64,000 bases of DNA from Alphaproteobacteria bacterium (GTDB lineage: Bacteria > Pseudomonadota > Alphaproteobacteria > GCA-2731375), in NCBI GenBank assembly GCA_965225945.1, contig CBDDBZ010000039.1, positions 288,001-352,000 on the forward strand, written 5' to 3'. How positions within the stretch are numbered: position 1 is the stretch's first letter; every line of letters starts with the position of its first letter. A program made the position numbers and the translations under genes. A model generated the notes under the pieces. The model was not told the DNA's origin. It was given only the letters and a program-made list of their open reading frames with translations, and did not search any database. Below are positions 19,612 to 29,783 of this stretch, one piece after another.

Positions 19612-20761
19612 ATGGATGGTCCCCGCCTCTGGGACCGGCGGGTGCGGGCCGAGGCCCTGCGAGGCTATCCCCTCGAAGACGTCGTCCGCCGCCTCGGCTA
19701 CCGCCGCGATCCCACCGATGCCGCGCGCTGGAGGCGTCCCGGATCCGTCATCAGCATCAACGGCTTTATGTTCTACGAACATCTGCGCGGCGAGGGCGGG
19801 GGCGGAGCGATTGAATCGGAATGGTGGTCTACCCGCACTACCAACTCCTGCCCCGGAATTGTGAAGGATCTGTTCGGGGCGGAAAGCCTCGCGCGGAGGG
19901 GCGGGAACAGCGCCGAGTCCGTCCAGGCGTCGTCGATGTGATCCGCGAACTCGGCGCCGGTCAAGCACATGGACGAACCGGCTTGCGGACCGACCTGCAA
20001 CGCCCATCACCTGCGCGAGTTGCAAGCCCTGATCGAGATCGAGAAGGAGGGCTGGGCACAAGATGGTAATCCATGCCTGCCGGTGCACCGTGCCCGAGGC
20101 CCTCGGCTTCTTCTCGGAACTGCCGTGCCGTGACCGGTTCCCGGCCGATCGCCACCCGAAGCCGCCGTGCCCGGACCGCCACTGGCCCGCCATCCAGAGC
20201 TACCTCGTCGAGCAGCGCGGCCTCGCGGATGTGCTCGTCGCCCTGTGCCGCGACCTCGGCTTGCTCTACGCCGACCGCCACGGCAACGCCGTGTTCGTCC
20301 GCCGAAACGCGGCCGGCGAGGCTCTCGGCGCCGAGATCGTCCCTGCCGCGGCGCCACGCCGCCTCGCGCCGACCGGCGCCGCCGCGCGCGGCGGCTTCTG
20401 GATGTCGTGGGAACCCGACTGGCCGAACTCCGTCATCCTCGCCAAGAACGCAATCGACGCCCTGTCGGTCCTCTCCCTCCACCTCGTCCCGGCCGGGCGC
20501 AAGGGATGCGCCGTGGTCTCAACCGGCGGCGCCACCGCAAGCCTCCCCGAATGGATCGAGGCCTGGAACCCCGGCCGGATCTTCTGCGCCTACGACGCCA
20601 CCCGCCAGGGCGATGACGCCGCGGCACGGCTCATCCGAAACGACAGCAGGGTCGTCCGCCTGCGCCCTGCCCTCGACGGCCTGGACTGGAACGACATGCT
20701 CATGCGCGCGACCGCGCCGGCGAACCGCTCCAGATCGATGACCGGCCCCTCGACTGAATAG
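19612..20761 (+). pseudogene. DUF3991/Toprim primase-like ORF, disrupted in this copy
   Basis: Matches 36600-37496 except for a 252-nt IS66-derived mosaic at 19812-20063 and a 2-nt insertion near 20705. Confidence 0.8.
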
Positions 20762-20870
20762 CCACAGCGCGAAACAAAATCAGCCAAGCCCAAAAGCATC
20801 CCGTCAGCCAACCGCCACCGACCGCTCAAAAAGAGCACCATATAAGCGCACCCTGGAACCACCGCTAACA

Positions 20871-21452
20871 CGCGCCGAAGGTCGGCCTCGGTTTGGCCAG
20901 CATGTCCTCGTAGCGAACCACATGGGCGTTCAGACCGGAGGCATCGACCCAACTCGCGACATGCTGGCTCCAGCTACCCAATTGCGAGAACACGTTGCGC
21001 CCCAACGTCGGCAACCGATAGTCCTCGCGGCAGAGCGCCGCCACAGCGTCGTCCAGCGATAGGGCGAAATGATCGGCGAACGAAACCGCGACGTCGCGGG
21101 GGTCGCGTAGCACATAGATGGCGCCCGCCGTTAGCTCGGGCGTGATGGTCGCGATCTCGTCGAGACGGACGACGGCATTGTGGGTCTTGACGAAGACGGG
21201 CTCGCGGTCGAGGCCGGCGAGGAAGCGATGAACGTGGGGCCGCAGGCGATGCAGGCGCGCTTCGTCGAGCTGTTCGATGTCGGTGCCCGAGGCCCGCTCG
21301 AACAGTCCGGCGCGGGAATCGCTGTAGCCGAATTCCCTGAGCATGTTGATGTCGACGGGCTGGTCGGCGGCGCCGCGGAGATTGGCCAGAAAGGCGCGCA
21401 GCCAGGTATTGCCGGACTTGGGATAGGACGCGAGCCAGATGATCCCCGACAC
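20871..21452 (-). pseudogene. 5' part of the IS-interrupted sulfotransferase (second gene)
   Basis: SGIIWLASYPKSGNTW, VKTH and RDPRDVAVS; truncated at the element end after RYEDMLAKPRPTFG. Confidence 0.9.
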
Positions 21453-21463
21453 GGCCGTGAGAC

Positions 21464-22291
21464 CTAAGGCAGATAGCCGAACTCGGCCATGACCTCGCCG
21501 TGGGCCCGGACCATGCGGTCGATCTGCGCCGATGTGAGCGCCTCGCGCCACTGTCCGGCCCGGCCCTCGCGGAAAAAGGCCTCGGCGCTACGGCTCTTCT
21601 CGGCGAAGCCGTGGCGCTTCTCCTGGCGGCGCATTTCGGCGAAGGAGGCGTTGCGGACGGCGCGGCGTAGGCGGCCGCGCGGCACCTTCAGGTCGAGGAA
21701 GTCTGTGATTCCCCCGAACCCGTCGAGCGGGCTCGCCAACAGATCTTCGTAGCGCACGACATGGCGATTGAGCCCCGACGCCCGGGTCCAGCCGCGCACA
21801 TGGCCGCTCCAATCGCCGAGATACTGGAACACCGCGGCGGCTGAGGTGGTGACGTGATTCTCGGGCGAGGCCATGGCTGAGATCGCCGAATCGAGGTCGA
21901 GGCCGTAGTGATCGCCATAAGAGAGGACGATGTCGAGCGGGTTGCGGACGAGGTAGATCGCGCCCTCCGTCACCTCCGGCGTAATGGTGGCGATGTCGTC
22001 GCGCGTGGCGATGGCGTTGTGCGTCTTGACCATCGCGGTCTCCGCCCGAAGGCTGGCGAGCAGACGGTGGACCTGGGGCCGTAGCGAATGGATTTCAGCG
22101 TCGGAGATCGCGCCGACCGGCTTGCCGGCGACCCGTTCATAGAGGTCGCTCGACATCTCGCCCAGGAAGTAGCGCCCGAGGTCGTTGATGTCGTACGCCG
22201 ACTTGGCGTCCGAGAACAGGTTGGCGAGAAAGATGCGGAGCCAGGTGTTGCCCGACTTCGGATACGAGGCAAGCCAGAGAATGCCCGCCAT
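21464..22291 (-). CDS. PAPS-dependent sulfotransferase (first gene)
   Basis: SYPKSGNTW, VKTH, RNPLDIVLS and FFREG motifs. Confidence 0.92.
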   Translation of the reverse strand: MAGILWLASYPKSGNTWLRIFLANLFSDAKSAYDINDLGRYFLGEMSSDLYERVAGKPVGAISDAEIHSLRPQVHRLLASLRAETAMVKTHNAIATRDDIATITPEVTEGAIYLVRNPLDIVLSYGDHYGLDLDSAISAMASPENHVTTSAAAVFQYLGDWSGHVRGWTRASGLNRHVVRYEDLLASPLDGFGGITDFLDLKVPRGRLRRAVRNASFAEMRRQEKRHGFAEKSRSAEAFFREGRAGQWREALTSAQIDRMVRAHGEVMAEFGYLP

Positions 22292-22366
22292 GTCCACTCC
22301 CGACGGCAAGGCGTCGCGCGTCCGAATTTCGTATCGATGACGTGAACATCCCGAGACTCGGAGCCG

Positions 22367-22398
22367 AAAAAAGAAGGAGCGGCCTAAGCCGCTCCTTC
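22367..22398 (-). terminator. Rho-independent terminator of the porin gene
   Basis: 11-bp stem gaaggagcggc/gccgctccttc followed by T6 on the minus strand. Confidence 0.85.
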
Positions 22399-22420
22399 CC
22401 GTTCTAGACTTACGTCTCGA

Positions 22421-23565
22421 TCAGAACGACACCTTGATGCCGCCGACGACGTAGAAGCCGTCGTCGTTGGAGCCGGGACCGCCAAGCTCGTCATCCAGGT
22501 TGGCGTACGCGATCGAGCCCTTCAGGGCGACGCCCGGGCCCAGCTTGTACTGAGCGCCGAGGTGGATCGTATCCACTTCGTCTTTGCTGGTATCGGCGAT
22601 GAGGTCGTCACGCTCGCCATGCTTCCAGATGATGCTCACGCCCCACGGACCCGTCTCGTAGGCGAGGCCGACCGCGTAACCGGTGTTGTCCGCACTGACC
22701 GTGCCGTCCTTGCGATCGATCGAATCCAGCGCGGTGCCATAGTAGCCGCCCAGGCTGAAGCCGCCGACGCCCAACAGGGCGCCGAAGATGAGCGTTTCCG
22801 GATCGCTGCCGGTGTTGCCGGACGGCTTCTCGCCGTGGGCGTAGCCGCCGGAGACCTTCACGCTCACCTGGTCGAACTTGGTAATGTAGTTGGCGCCGAG
22901 CGAGAGGACGTTGCTGATCTTCGTATCGTTGTCGATGGCGTTGCTGTCCTGATCGCCACAGGCCGGCGTGTAGGAGAGGCCGAACTGGAAGCCGGTGAAA
23001 CGGGGCGTGTAGTAGGTCAGCCGCTTGTCGTCGTTACAACTGTTGTCGACCTCGATATTGGCCGAACCCAGGGGGCGCGGAACTGATCGAAGTGACTGTT
23101 GCCGCCACCCGCCGCGAAGATGGTGTAGTTGATCCACTGGCTGTCGTCGCCCGACATCGTCGTGATGCCGAAGTCCTTCGGTCCGTAACCCATCGCGTAC
23201 TGCGCCGAGTTCTCCGAACCCATCAGGAACTGACCCCAACCGCCGGTCAGCCTGATGTACGATTCGTCGATCTGGTCGCCGCCGGTGTTGCCCTCAAGCT
23301 CGACGTGGTACTGGACCTTCAAGCCGTTGTCCAAGGTGGCACGCGCGTTGAAGAACACCTCGGCGTCGCTCTTGTGGTCGAAGTCGCTCAAGGCCACGCC
23401 ACCGGCGACACCGGGCGTGGTGTCGTCGTTGTCGACGGACCTGAAACCGAACCACTGTTCCATGTAGCCGTTCAACGATGCCTCAAGCCCCGCGGCAGCC
23501 GCGGGACCGGACATCAGGACACCCGCGGCCACGAGGGCCGAGGTGCCGAGTAGAAGCCTTTTCAT
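22421..23565 (-). CDS. Outer-membrane porin (alphaproteobacterial), frameshifted at ~23071-23075
   Basis: Signal MKRLLLGTSALVAAG, DESY, YYTPRF and terminal GIKVSF; one extra C in the C5 run joins the two frames. Confidence 0.85.
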
Positions 23566-23951
23566 CCGGTTTCCCCTCTGAGAGATGTGTTACCCGTCCA
23601 AACAATTCCGCCAGCCTGGGCGCCACGGGGGGCACAACCGGCAAGCGCTGCCATAAGGCCGTCTAGCGCCCTCGGGGTCAAGCGCGCGGTCCCCGCGCCG
23701 GGAGCTATAGTCCCCCACTGTGGCGTGCTTGTCACACATCGGGAGAGCGACCGGTACGGATGACTCGAAAGTACCCGTGCCGGTGGCCCACCGAAGCCTC
23801 CAACGGCCGTGGGTCTTGCGGTGTAGGTGCGCGGTTGGTATGCCTTACCGACGCGGCGGCGGGGAAGCAGGCGGCCGCAAATTTCACGGGGTCGAATCTC
23901 GCCGCGCGATGCCTGGACAGGGTGAGGCCGGAAATGACGAGGGCGGGAAAG

Positions 23952-24524
23952 ATGAGACGATGGCACGCGGGCGCGCGCATCGCCGTGTGCCTCCTCGGCG
24001 TGATGGGGCTCGCCGCGTGCGAGGGGGCGGATGTCAAGAGTCAGTATCCTCGGCCCGTGCCGGGCGGGACCACGGACCCCTCGCCCGAGGCGCCCCAGGA
24101 TTCGATCTTCGGCACCGGCGGCTTCGGTTCCACCATCTTCGGTACCGGCAGCCGCGAGGAGGCGGCCGCGCGGGCGGCACGCGGCGCCACCGGCGGCGGC
24201 ATCGGCGTCAATGGCTATCTCTGGCGGGCTTCGCTCGACACCATGTCGTTCATGCCGCTCGCCTCGGCTGATCCCTTCGGTGGCGTCATCATCACCGATT
24301 GGTACAGTCCGCCGGAAAGCCCCGACGAGCGGTTCAAGGCGACGGTCTATATTCTGGAGCGTCAACTACGCGCCGACGGTATCCGGGTCGCGGTGTTCCG
24401 GCAAACCCGGGCGGGCGGGCGCGACTGGCGGGATGCACGTCTGAACGCGCGGACGGCGACGGAGTTGGAGGACGCCATCCTGACCCGGGCGCGGCAGCTT
24501 CGGATCAGCTCGCTCGGCGAATAA
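23952..24524 (+). CDS. DUF3576 lipoprotein
   Basis: Lipobox LAAC; GVNGYLWRASLDTMSFMPLASADPFGGVIITDWY; usual position upstream of leuS. Confidence 0.9.
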   Translation: MRRWHAGARIAVCLLGVMGLAACEGADVKSQYPRPVPGGTTDPSPEAPQDSIFGTGGFGSTIFGTGSREEAAARAARGATGGGIGVNGYLWRASLDTMSFMPLASADPFGGVIITDWYSPPESPDERFKATVYILERQLRADGIRVAVFRQTRAGGRDWRDARLNARTATELEDAILTRARQLRISSLGE

Positions 24525-24607
24525 CGAATCCGCGCCCGCGCGCCGGCTTGACCGGTGGAAGTGGTGCAACCATTATCGATTCTCGATGTCTCTGATTGGA
24601 ATCCGGC

Positions 24608-25778
24608 ATGAGTTCTCATGCTGCCGTGCCCTCCCTCCCGGTTTTCGAGGTGGGCGATCGGATGCCCGATTTCGTATTGCCCGACGTTAGTGGCGCGCCC
24701 GTCGGTTACTATCTTTCCGCGATCGGCAATCTTTCCGCGATCGGCAAGCCTCTGGTCTTTCCGCGATCGGCAAGCCTCTGGTCTTTCCGCGATCGGCAAG
24801 CCTCTGGTCCTGGTAATTTGCGCCCATCCGAATGGAGAGGTGCTGCGACCGTTCGCGGAGCGCGCCGAGGCCTTGGCGGTCGCGACGGTGATTTTCGTCA
24901 CCTCGCTACCCCCTCTGGAGAATGCCGCGCTCGCCCAGGAGCTGCGATTGCCCTTCGCGCTGTTGTCCGATGTTTCCGGTGAGGTCGTCACCGCCTTGCT
25001 GAACGATGGGCGAGGGGCTAAGTCGATGCCGCGAGTCGCCACCTTCACATCCGATCCCAATCAGCGGATACGACGGGTCGATCGCGGTCGCCACGCGGCG
25101 CGTCAGGTCGAGAAGGCGCTCGGTTGCCTGAAGCGGATGCTGCCACCGCCCGATCCGGTGCCGGTCTCCCGACCGGCACCGCTGCTCTACGTCCCGGGCG
25201 TACTCGACGCGGCAGGATGTCGGGACTTGATCGGGATCTGGCATCGCGAAGGCAACGTCGATACGGGCACCATCAATGTCTTCAACGACCGCGTCGAGAC
25301 CAAGGATCACGGGACCAAGGTCCGCCGCGACCACTACGTTCGTGACCGGCGGGTCTTGGCCGACCTCTCCCTGCTCATGGATCGGCGCATCGTGCCCGAG
25401 GTCTCGAAGGCTTTCTGCTTTCGGGTCAGCCGCGTCGAGGAGTTCAAGATCGGTCGTTACACGGGCGAGGAGGGCGGCTTCTTCCGCCCCCACAAGGACA
25501 ATCTCTCGGAAACCACGGCGCATCGCCGTTTCGCCATGTCGCTCCTGCTCAACGATCCCGACGCGTATGAAGGCGGCGAGCTTCGGTTCATGGAGTACGG
25601 CCCGGAACTCTACAAGCCCGGGGCCGGTGACGCGGTGGTCTTCAGTTGTTCCTTGTTGCACGAAGTGTTGCCGGTGACCCGGGGCAAGCGGTTCGTTCTG
25701 TTGTGCTTCATGTTCGGTGACGCGGAGGCGCAAGCCTTGGAGGCGCGGCGTCGCCGCGACGCCGCGACCGCGCGGTGA
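24608..25778 (+). pseudogene. AhpC/TSA-like plus 2OG-Fe(II) oxygenase fusion, frameshifted by a tandem repeat
   Basis: N-terminal VGDRMPDFVLPD; C-terminal FFRPHKDN...YEGGEL...[13 protein letters not shown]; repeat array at 24712-24807 shifts the frame. Confidence 0.8.
24712..24807 (+). repeat. Tandem array: one 18-bp partial unit plus three 26-bp units
   Basis: Unit tctttccgcgatcggcaagcctctgg. Confidence 0.95.
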
Positions 25779-25893
25779 AGGCCGGCGTGCTTGCGCCCCA
25801 GGGCCGATCCCCCCATATTCGCGCCCGCCGATAATGGAGCCCGGCGAACGGTGCGCGGGCTGCCGCGAGACCTCGTCCAGACCAGGCGCAACC

Positions 25894-28482
25894 ATGAACG
25901 ACACGATTCCTACCTCCCGCTACAGCGCCCGCGCGATCGAGGCCAAATGGCAGGCGATCTGGGACCAGCGTGGCTGCTTCGTCGCCCAGGAGACGCCGGG
26001 GCGGGAGAAATACTACGTTCTGGAAATGTTCCCCTATCCCAGTGGGCGGATCCACATGGGCCACGTGCGCAACTATGCCATGGGCGATCTGGTGGCGCGC
26101 TACAAGCGGGCGCGGGGCTTCAACGTGCTGCATCCGATGGGCTGGGACGCCTTCGGCCTGCCGGCGGAGAACGCGGCGCTGGAGAACAAGGTCCATCCCG
26201 CCGCGTGGACGGCCGAGAACATCGACCACATGCGGGCGCAGTTGCAGTCGATGGGCCTGTCGCTCGACTGGTCCCGCGAATTCGCCACCTGCGATCCCGA
26301 GTATTACCGCCACGAGCAGAAGATGTTCCTCGACTTTCTGGCGGCGGGCCTGGTCGAGCGCAAAGAATCCTGGGTCAACTGGGACCCGGTCGAGCACACG
26401 GTGCTGGCCAATGAGCAGGTGATCGACGGGATGGGCTGGCGCTCCGGCGTGGCCGTCGAGCGGCGCAAGCTTTTCCAGTGGTTCTTCCGAATCACCGCGA
26501 TGGGCGAGGAGCTGCTCTCGGGCCTCGACGGGCTGGAGCGCTGGCCGGACAAGGTCAGGCTGATGCAGCGCAATTGGATCGGCCGCTCGGACGGCGCGCG
26601 CCTGCGCTTCGGGGGCGTCGATGGCGACGCCGAGATCGAGGTCTTCACCACCCGCCACGACACCATCTTCGGCGCCACCTTCATCGCCCTTTCACCCCAC
26701 CATCCGCTGAGCGCCAGGCTGGCCGGCGACGATTCCGGCTTGGCCGAGTTCATCGCCAGCTGCCGGCGGAGCGGGACCAGCGAGGCGGCGCTGGAAACGG
26801 CGGAAAAGCGCGGCTATCGCTCTGCCATCGAGGTCGCCCATCCGTTTTTGGACGGCGTCCGGCTGCCGGTCTACGTCGCCAATTTCGTGCTGATGGAATA
26901 TGGCACCGGCGCCATCTTCGGCTGTCCGGGACACGATCAGCGCGATCTGGAATTCGCCCGCCAGTATGACCTGGCGGTGATCCCCGTGGTGGCGCCGGCG
27001 GAGGCCGATCCGGCCACCTTCCAGATCGGCGAGGTGGCCTATCTCGGCCCCGGGCGGATGATCAACTCGGGCTTCCTCGACGGCCTCGAGGTGGAGGCGG
27101 CGAAGGCCGAGGTCGCGCGCCGGGCCGAGGCCGGCGGCTTCGGCGAGGCGTGGATCACCTATCGCCTGCGCGACTGGGGGGTCTCGCGCCAGCGCTACTG
27201 GGGCTGCCCGATCCCGGTGATCCATTGCGCGGGGTGCGGCATCGTCGGCGTGCCCGAGGCGGAGCTGCCGGTGAGGCTGCCGGAGGACGTCGAGTTCGAC
27301 CAACCGGGCAATCCGCTGGACCGCCATCCGACGTGGGCCGACGTCGCCTGCCCGAAATGTGGTGCCGTCGCCCGGCGCGAGACCGACACCTTCGATACCT
27401 TCATCGATTCCTCGTGGTATTTCGCCCGCTTCTGCAGCCCCCGCGACGCCAACCCGGTGGCACGCGACGCGGTCGACTACTGGATGCCGGTCGACCAGTA
27501 CATCGGCGGGGTCGAGCATGCGATCCTGCATCTGCTCTATTCCCGCTTCTACACCCGGGCGATGCGGCGTTGCGGCTATGTGGCGGTGGACGAGCCGTTC
27601 GACGGGATGTTCACCCAGGGCATGGTCTGCCACGCCACCTACCGGGACCCCGAGGGCAACCTGCTGCTGCCCGACGAGGTGACGCGCGACGGCGAGGATT
27701 GGCGCCATCGCGAGACCGGCGCGCCGGTCCGGGTCGGGCGCTCCGAGAAGATGAGCAAGCGCCTCAAGAACGTGATCGACCCGGCCGAGATCATCGAGCG
27801 CTATGGCGCCGACACCGCGCGCTGGTTCATGCTGTCGGATAGCCCGCCGGACCGCGACCTGGAATGGACGGACGCCGGGGTCGAGGGGGCGTGGCGCTTC
27901 ACTCAGCGGCTCTGGCGGCTGGTGCTGGGGGTGCTTGCGCGCCTGCCGGCGAACGGCACCCCGGCGCCCGCGGGCTTCTCGGGCGAGGCGGAGGCGTTGC
28001 GTCGCGCCGCCCACAAGACGGTTCTCGCGATGACCGACGACATCGAACGCTTCCGCTTCAATGTCGCGGTCGCCCGGGTGCACGAGCTGGCGAACCAGAT
28101 CGCCACCTTCGAGGCCAGCGAGGCCCGGACGCCGGGCGACGCGTGGGCGCTGCGCGAGGCCCTGGAGACATTGGTGGTGCTGGCCGGGCCGATGATCCCG
28201 CACCTGATGGAGGAGCTCTGGTCCCGCCTCGGCCACGACACTCTGCTGGTCGAGACGGCCTGGCCCGTGGCCGATCCGGCGCTGCTGAGGGATGATACGG
28301 TGACCATCGCGATCCAGGTCAATGGCAAGCTCCGGGGCCGCCTGGAGGTCGCGCGGGACTGCGAGGAGGCGGCCCTGCGGATACGCGCCTTGGCCGAGGC
28401 CGGCGTCGCCCGCGCCATCGGCGAGCGGGAGATTCGCCGCGTCGTCGTGGTGCCCAATCGCATCGTCAACGTGGTGGTGTAG
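25894..28482 (+). CDS. leuS: Leucine--tRNA ligase
   Basis: [13 protein letters not shown] (HIGH motif), KMSKR and [13 protein letters not shown]. Confidence 0.98.
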   Translation: MNDTIPTSRYSARAIEAKWQAIWDQRGCFVAQETPGREKYYVLEMFPYPSGRIHMGHVRNYAMGDLVARYKRARGFNVLHPMGWDAFGLPAENAALENKVHPAAWTAENIDHMRAQLQSMGLSLDWSREFATCDPEYYRHEQKMFLDFLAAGLVERKESWVNWDPVEHTVLANEQVIDGMGWRSGVAVERRKLFQWFFRITAMGEELLSGLDGLERWPDKVRLMQRNWIGRSDGARLRFGGVDGDAEIEVFTTRHDTIFGATFIALSPHHPLSARLAGDDSGLAEFIASCRRSGTSEAALETAEKRGYRSAIEVAHPFLDGVRLPVYVANFVLMEYGTGAIFGCPGHDQRDLEFARQYDLAVIPVVAPAEADPATFQIGEVAYLGPGRMINSGFLDGLEVEAAKAEVARRAEAGGFGEAWITYRLRDWGVSRQRYWGCPIPVIHCAGCGIVGVPEAELPVRLPEDVEFDQPGNPLDRHPTWADVACPKCGAVARRETDTFDTFIDSSWYFARFCSPRDANPVARDAVDYWMPVDQYIGGVEHAILHLLYSRFYTRAMRRCGYVAVDEPFDGMFTQGMVCHATYRDPEGNLLLPDEVTRDGEDWRHRETGAPVRVGRSEKMSKRLKNVIDPAEIIERYGADTARWFMLSDSPPDRDLEWTDAGVEGAWRFTQRLWRLVLGVLARLPANGTPAPAGFSGEAEALRRAAHKTVLAMTDDIERFRFNVAVARVHELANQIATFEASEARTPGDAWALREALETLVVLAGPMIPHLMEELWSRLGHDTLLVETAWPVADPALLRDDTVTIAIQVNGKLRGRLEVARDCEEAALRIRALAEAGVARAIGEREIRRVVVVPNRIVNVVV

Positions 28483-28546
28483 GTCGCGGTGAAACAGCCC
28501 CTCGCTTCGCCCGGGGTCCGTCCCCACAGGCTCGAAACGGCGGATT

Positions 28547-28715
28547 TCGCGGCCCCGGGGCGGTTTGGGGCGGCCCGGCGTCGCCTCTTCATTTCGTTGT
28601 CGAAACAATCAGCAAAATCGGCCCGCCCTGCCGCTCCAAAGGCGGTTTTGGCCAATTCGACCCGGGAAAATGGAGTCCGAGGCGAAGCCGAGGGACGTTT
28701 TCACTTATCGACGGT
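28547..28715 (+). repeat. Dispersed ~170-bp intergenic repeat, copy A
   Basis: Colinear similarity to 48582-48750 (tcgcggcccc...ttcatttcgtt.tcgaaacaa...ccgaggc.aagccgagg...ttttcac). Confidence 0.8.
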
Positions 28716-28751
28716 GTGGCGCGGCGTGATCGCGCTCGGGGCATTGCCGTC

Positions 28752-29783
28752 TTGCGGCTGACAGGGCGACAGGTCGAGGCCTTTCTTCGCCGCCCCGACC
28801 CGGCCGTGCACGCGGTCCTGATCCATGGCCCCGACGGCGGTCGGGTGCGCGAGGTGGGGCGGCATCTCTTGCAACAGATGGCGGCGAATCCGGACGACCC
28901 CTTCGCCGTGAGCAATTTGACGCTAGCCGACGTCACGGCGGATCCGGCTCGCCTGCTTGACGAGACCACGGCGTTGGTGCTGGGCGGCGGGCGCCGTGTC
29001 GTGCGGCTGCGCGAGGCCGCCTCGGCGCTGGCCGATGCGGCCTCGGCGGTGCTCGAACTCGAGGATCCGGGCGCCTTCGTGATCCTGGAGGCCGGCGACC
29101 TCGGGCCTCGCGACAAGCTCCGTAAGCTCTTCGAGGCGGCTGGCGCCGGGGCCGCGATCCCCTGCTACCCCGACGAGGGCGCGGACCTGGAGGCGGTCAT
29201 TCGCCACGGCCTGGAAGAGGCGGGCCACGCCATCGAGCCGGCGGCGCTCGCCTATGTCGCGGCCCAGCTCGGGGGCGATCGGGCACAGACCCGCTCCGAG
29301 ATCGAGAAACTGGTGCTCTACAAGGGGGACGAGACGGGCGCCATCACGCTCGACGACGTGGCCGCGGCGGTGGGCGACGGCGCACCGATGCTGGTCGACG
29401 ACATCGTGCTCGCGGTGGCGAGCGGCGAGCAGGGCCGTCTCGACCGCGCGCTGGAGCGGGCCTTCCAGGCGGGCCAGACGCCGGTGGGCGTGCTCCGCGC
29501 CGTGGCCCGCCACCTGACCCGGCTGCACCTGGCCGCGAGCCTGATCGCCGCCGGCCAGTCAGCGGACCAGGTGGTGGCGAGCCTGCGCCCGCCGCTGTTC
29601 TACAAGCACAAACCGATTTTCCTGGGCCAGCTCCGCCAATGGTCGCGGAGCGGCCTGGCCCGGGCTCTGGAGCTGCTGATGACGGCCGAGCTCGACTGTA
29701 AGTCGAGCGGCATGCCGGACGTGGTGCTCTCGGCCCGCGCCCTCATGCGCATCGCCCAGGCCGCAGGGCGGCGGGACGGCTGA
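28752..29783 (+). CDS. holA: DNA polymerase III delta subunit
   Basis: LIHGPDGG, LGGGRRVV, CYPD and SEIEKLVLY; position after leuS; TTG start. Confidence 0.92.
   Translation: MRLTGRQVEAFLRRPDPAVHAVLIHGPDGGRVREVGRHLLQQMAANPDDPFAVSNLTLADVTADPARLLDETTALVLGGGRRVVRLREAASALADAASAVLELEDPGAFVILEAGDLGPRDKLRKLFEAAGAGAAIPCYPDEGADLEAVIRHGLEEAGHAIEPAALAYVAAQLGGDRAQTRSEIEKLVLYKGDETGAITLDDVAAAVGDGAPMLVDDIVLAVASGEQGRLDRALERAFQAGQTPVGVLRAVARHLTRLHLAASLIAAGQSADQVVASLRPPLFYKHKPIFLGQLRQWSRSGLARALELLMTAELDCKSSGMPDVVLSARALMRIAQAAGRRDG

Larger units (their letters stand above)
16481..20870 (+). mobile_element. IS21-family element with zinc-finger and primase-like passenger ORFs, copy 1
   Basis: TGT...ACA termini; subterminal GCGCTTA(G/T)ATGGTG at offset 22 from both ends; CGCGC on both flanks; splits a sulfotransferase; near-identical to 36487-40627. 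Confidence 0.93.

Noticed and set aside
24712-24807. Short direct-repeat array as a possible CRISPR
   Set aside because: The units are contiguous with no spacers, lie inside a CDS, and there are no cas genes in the window.
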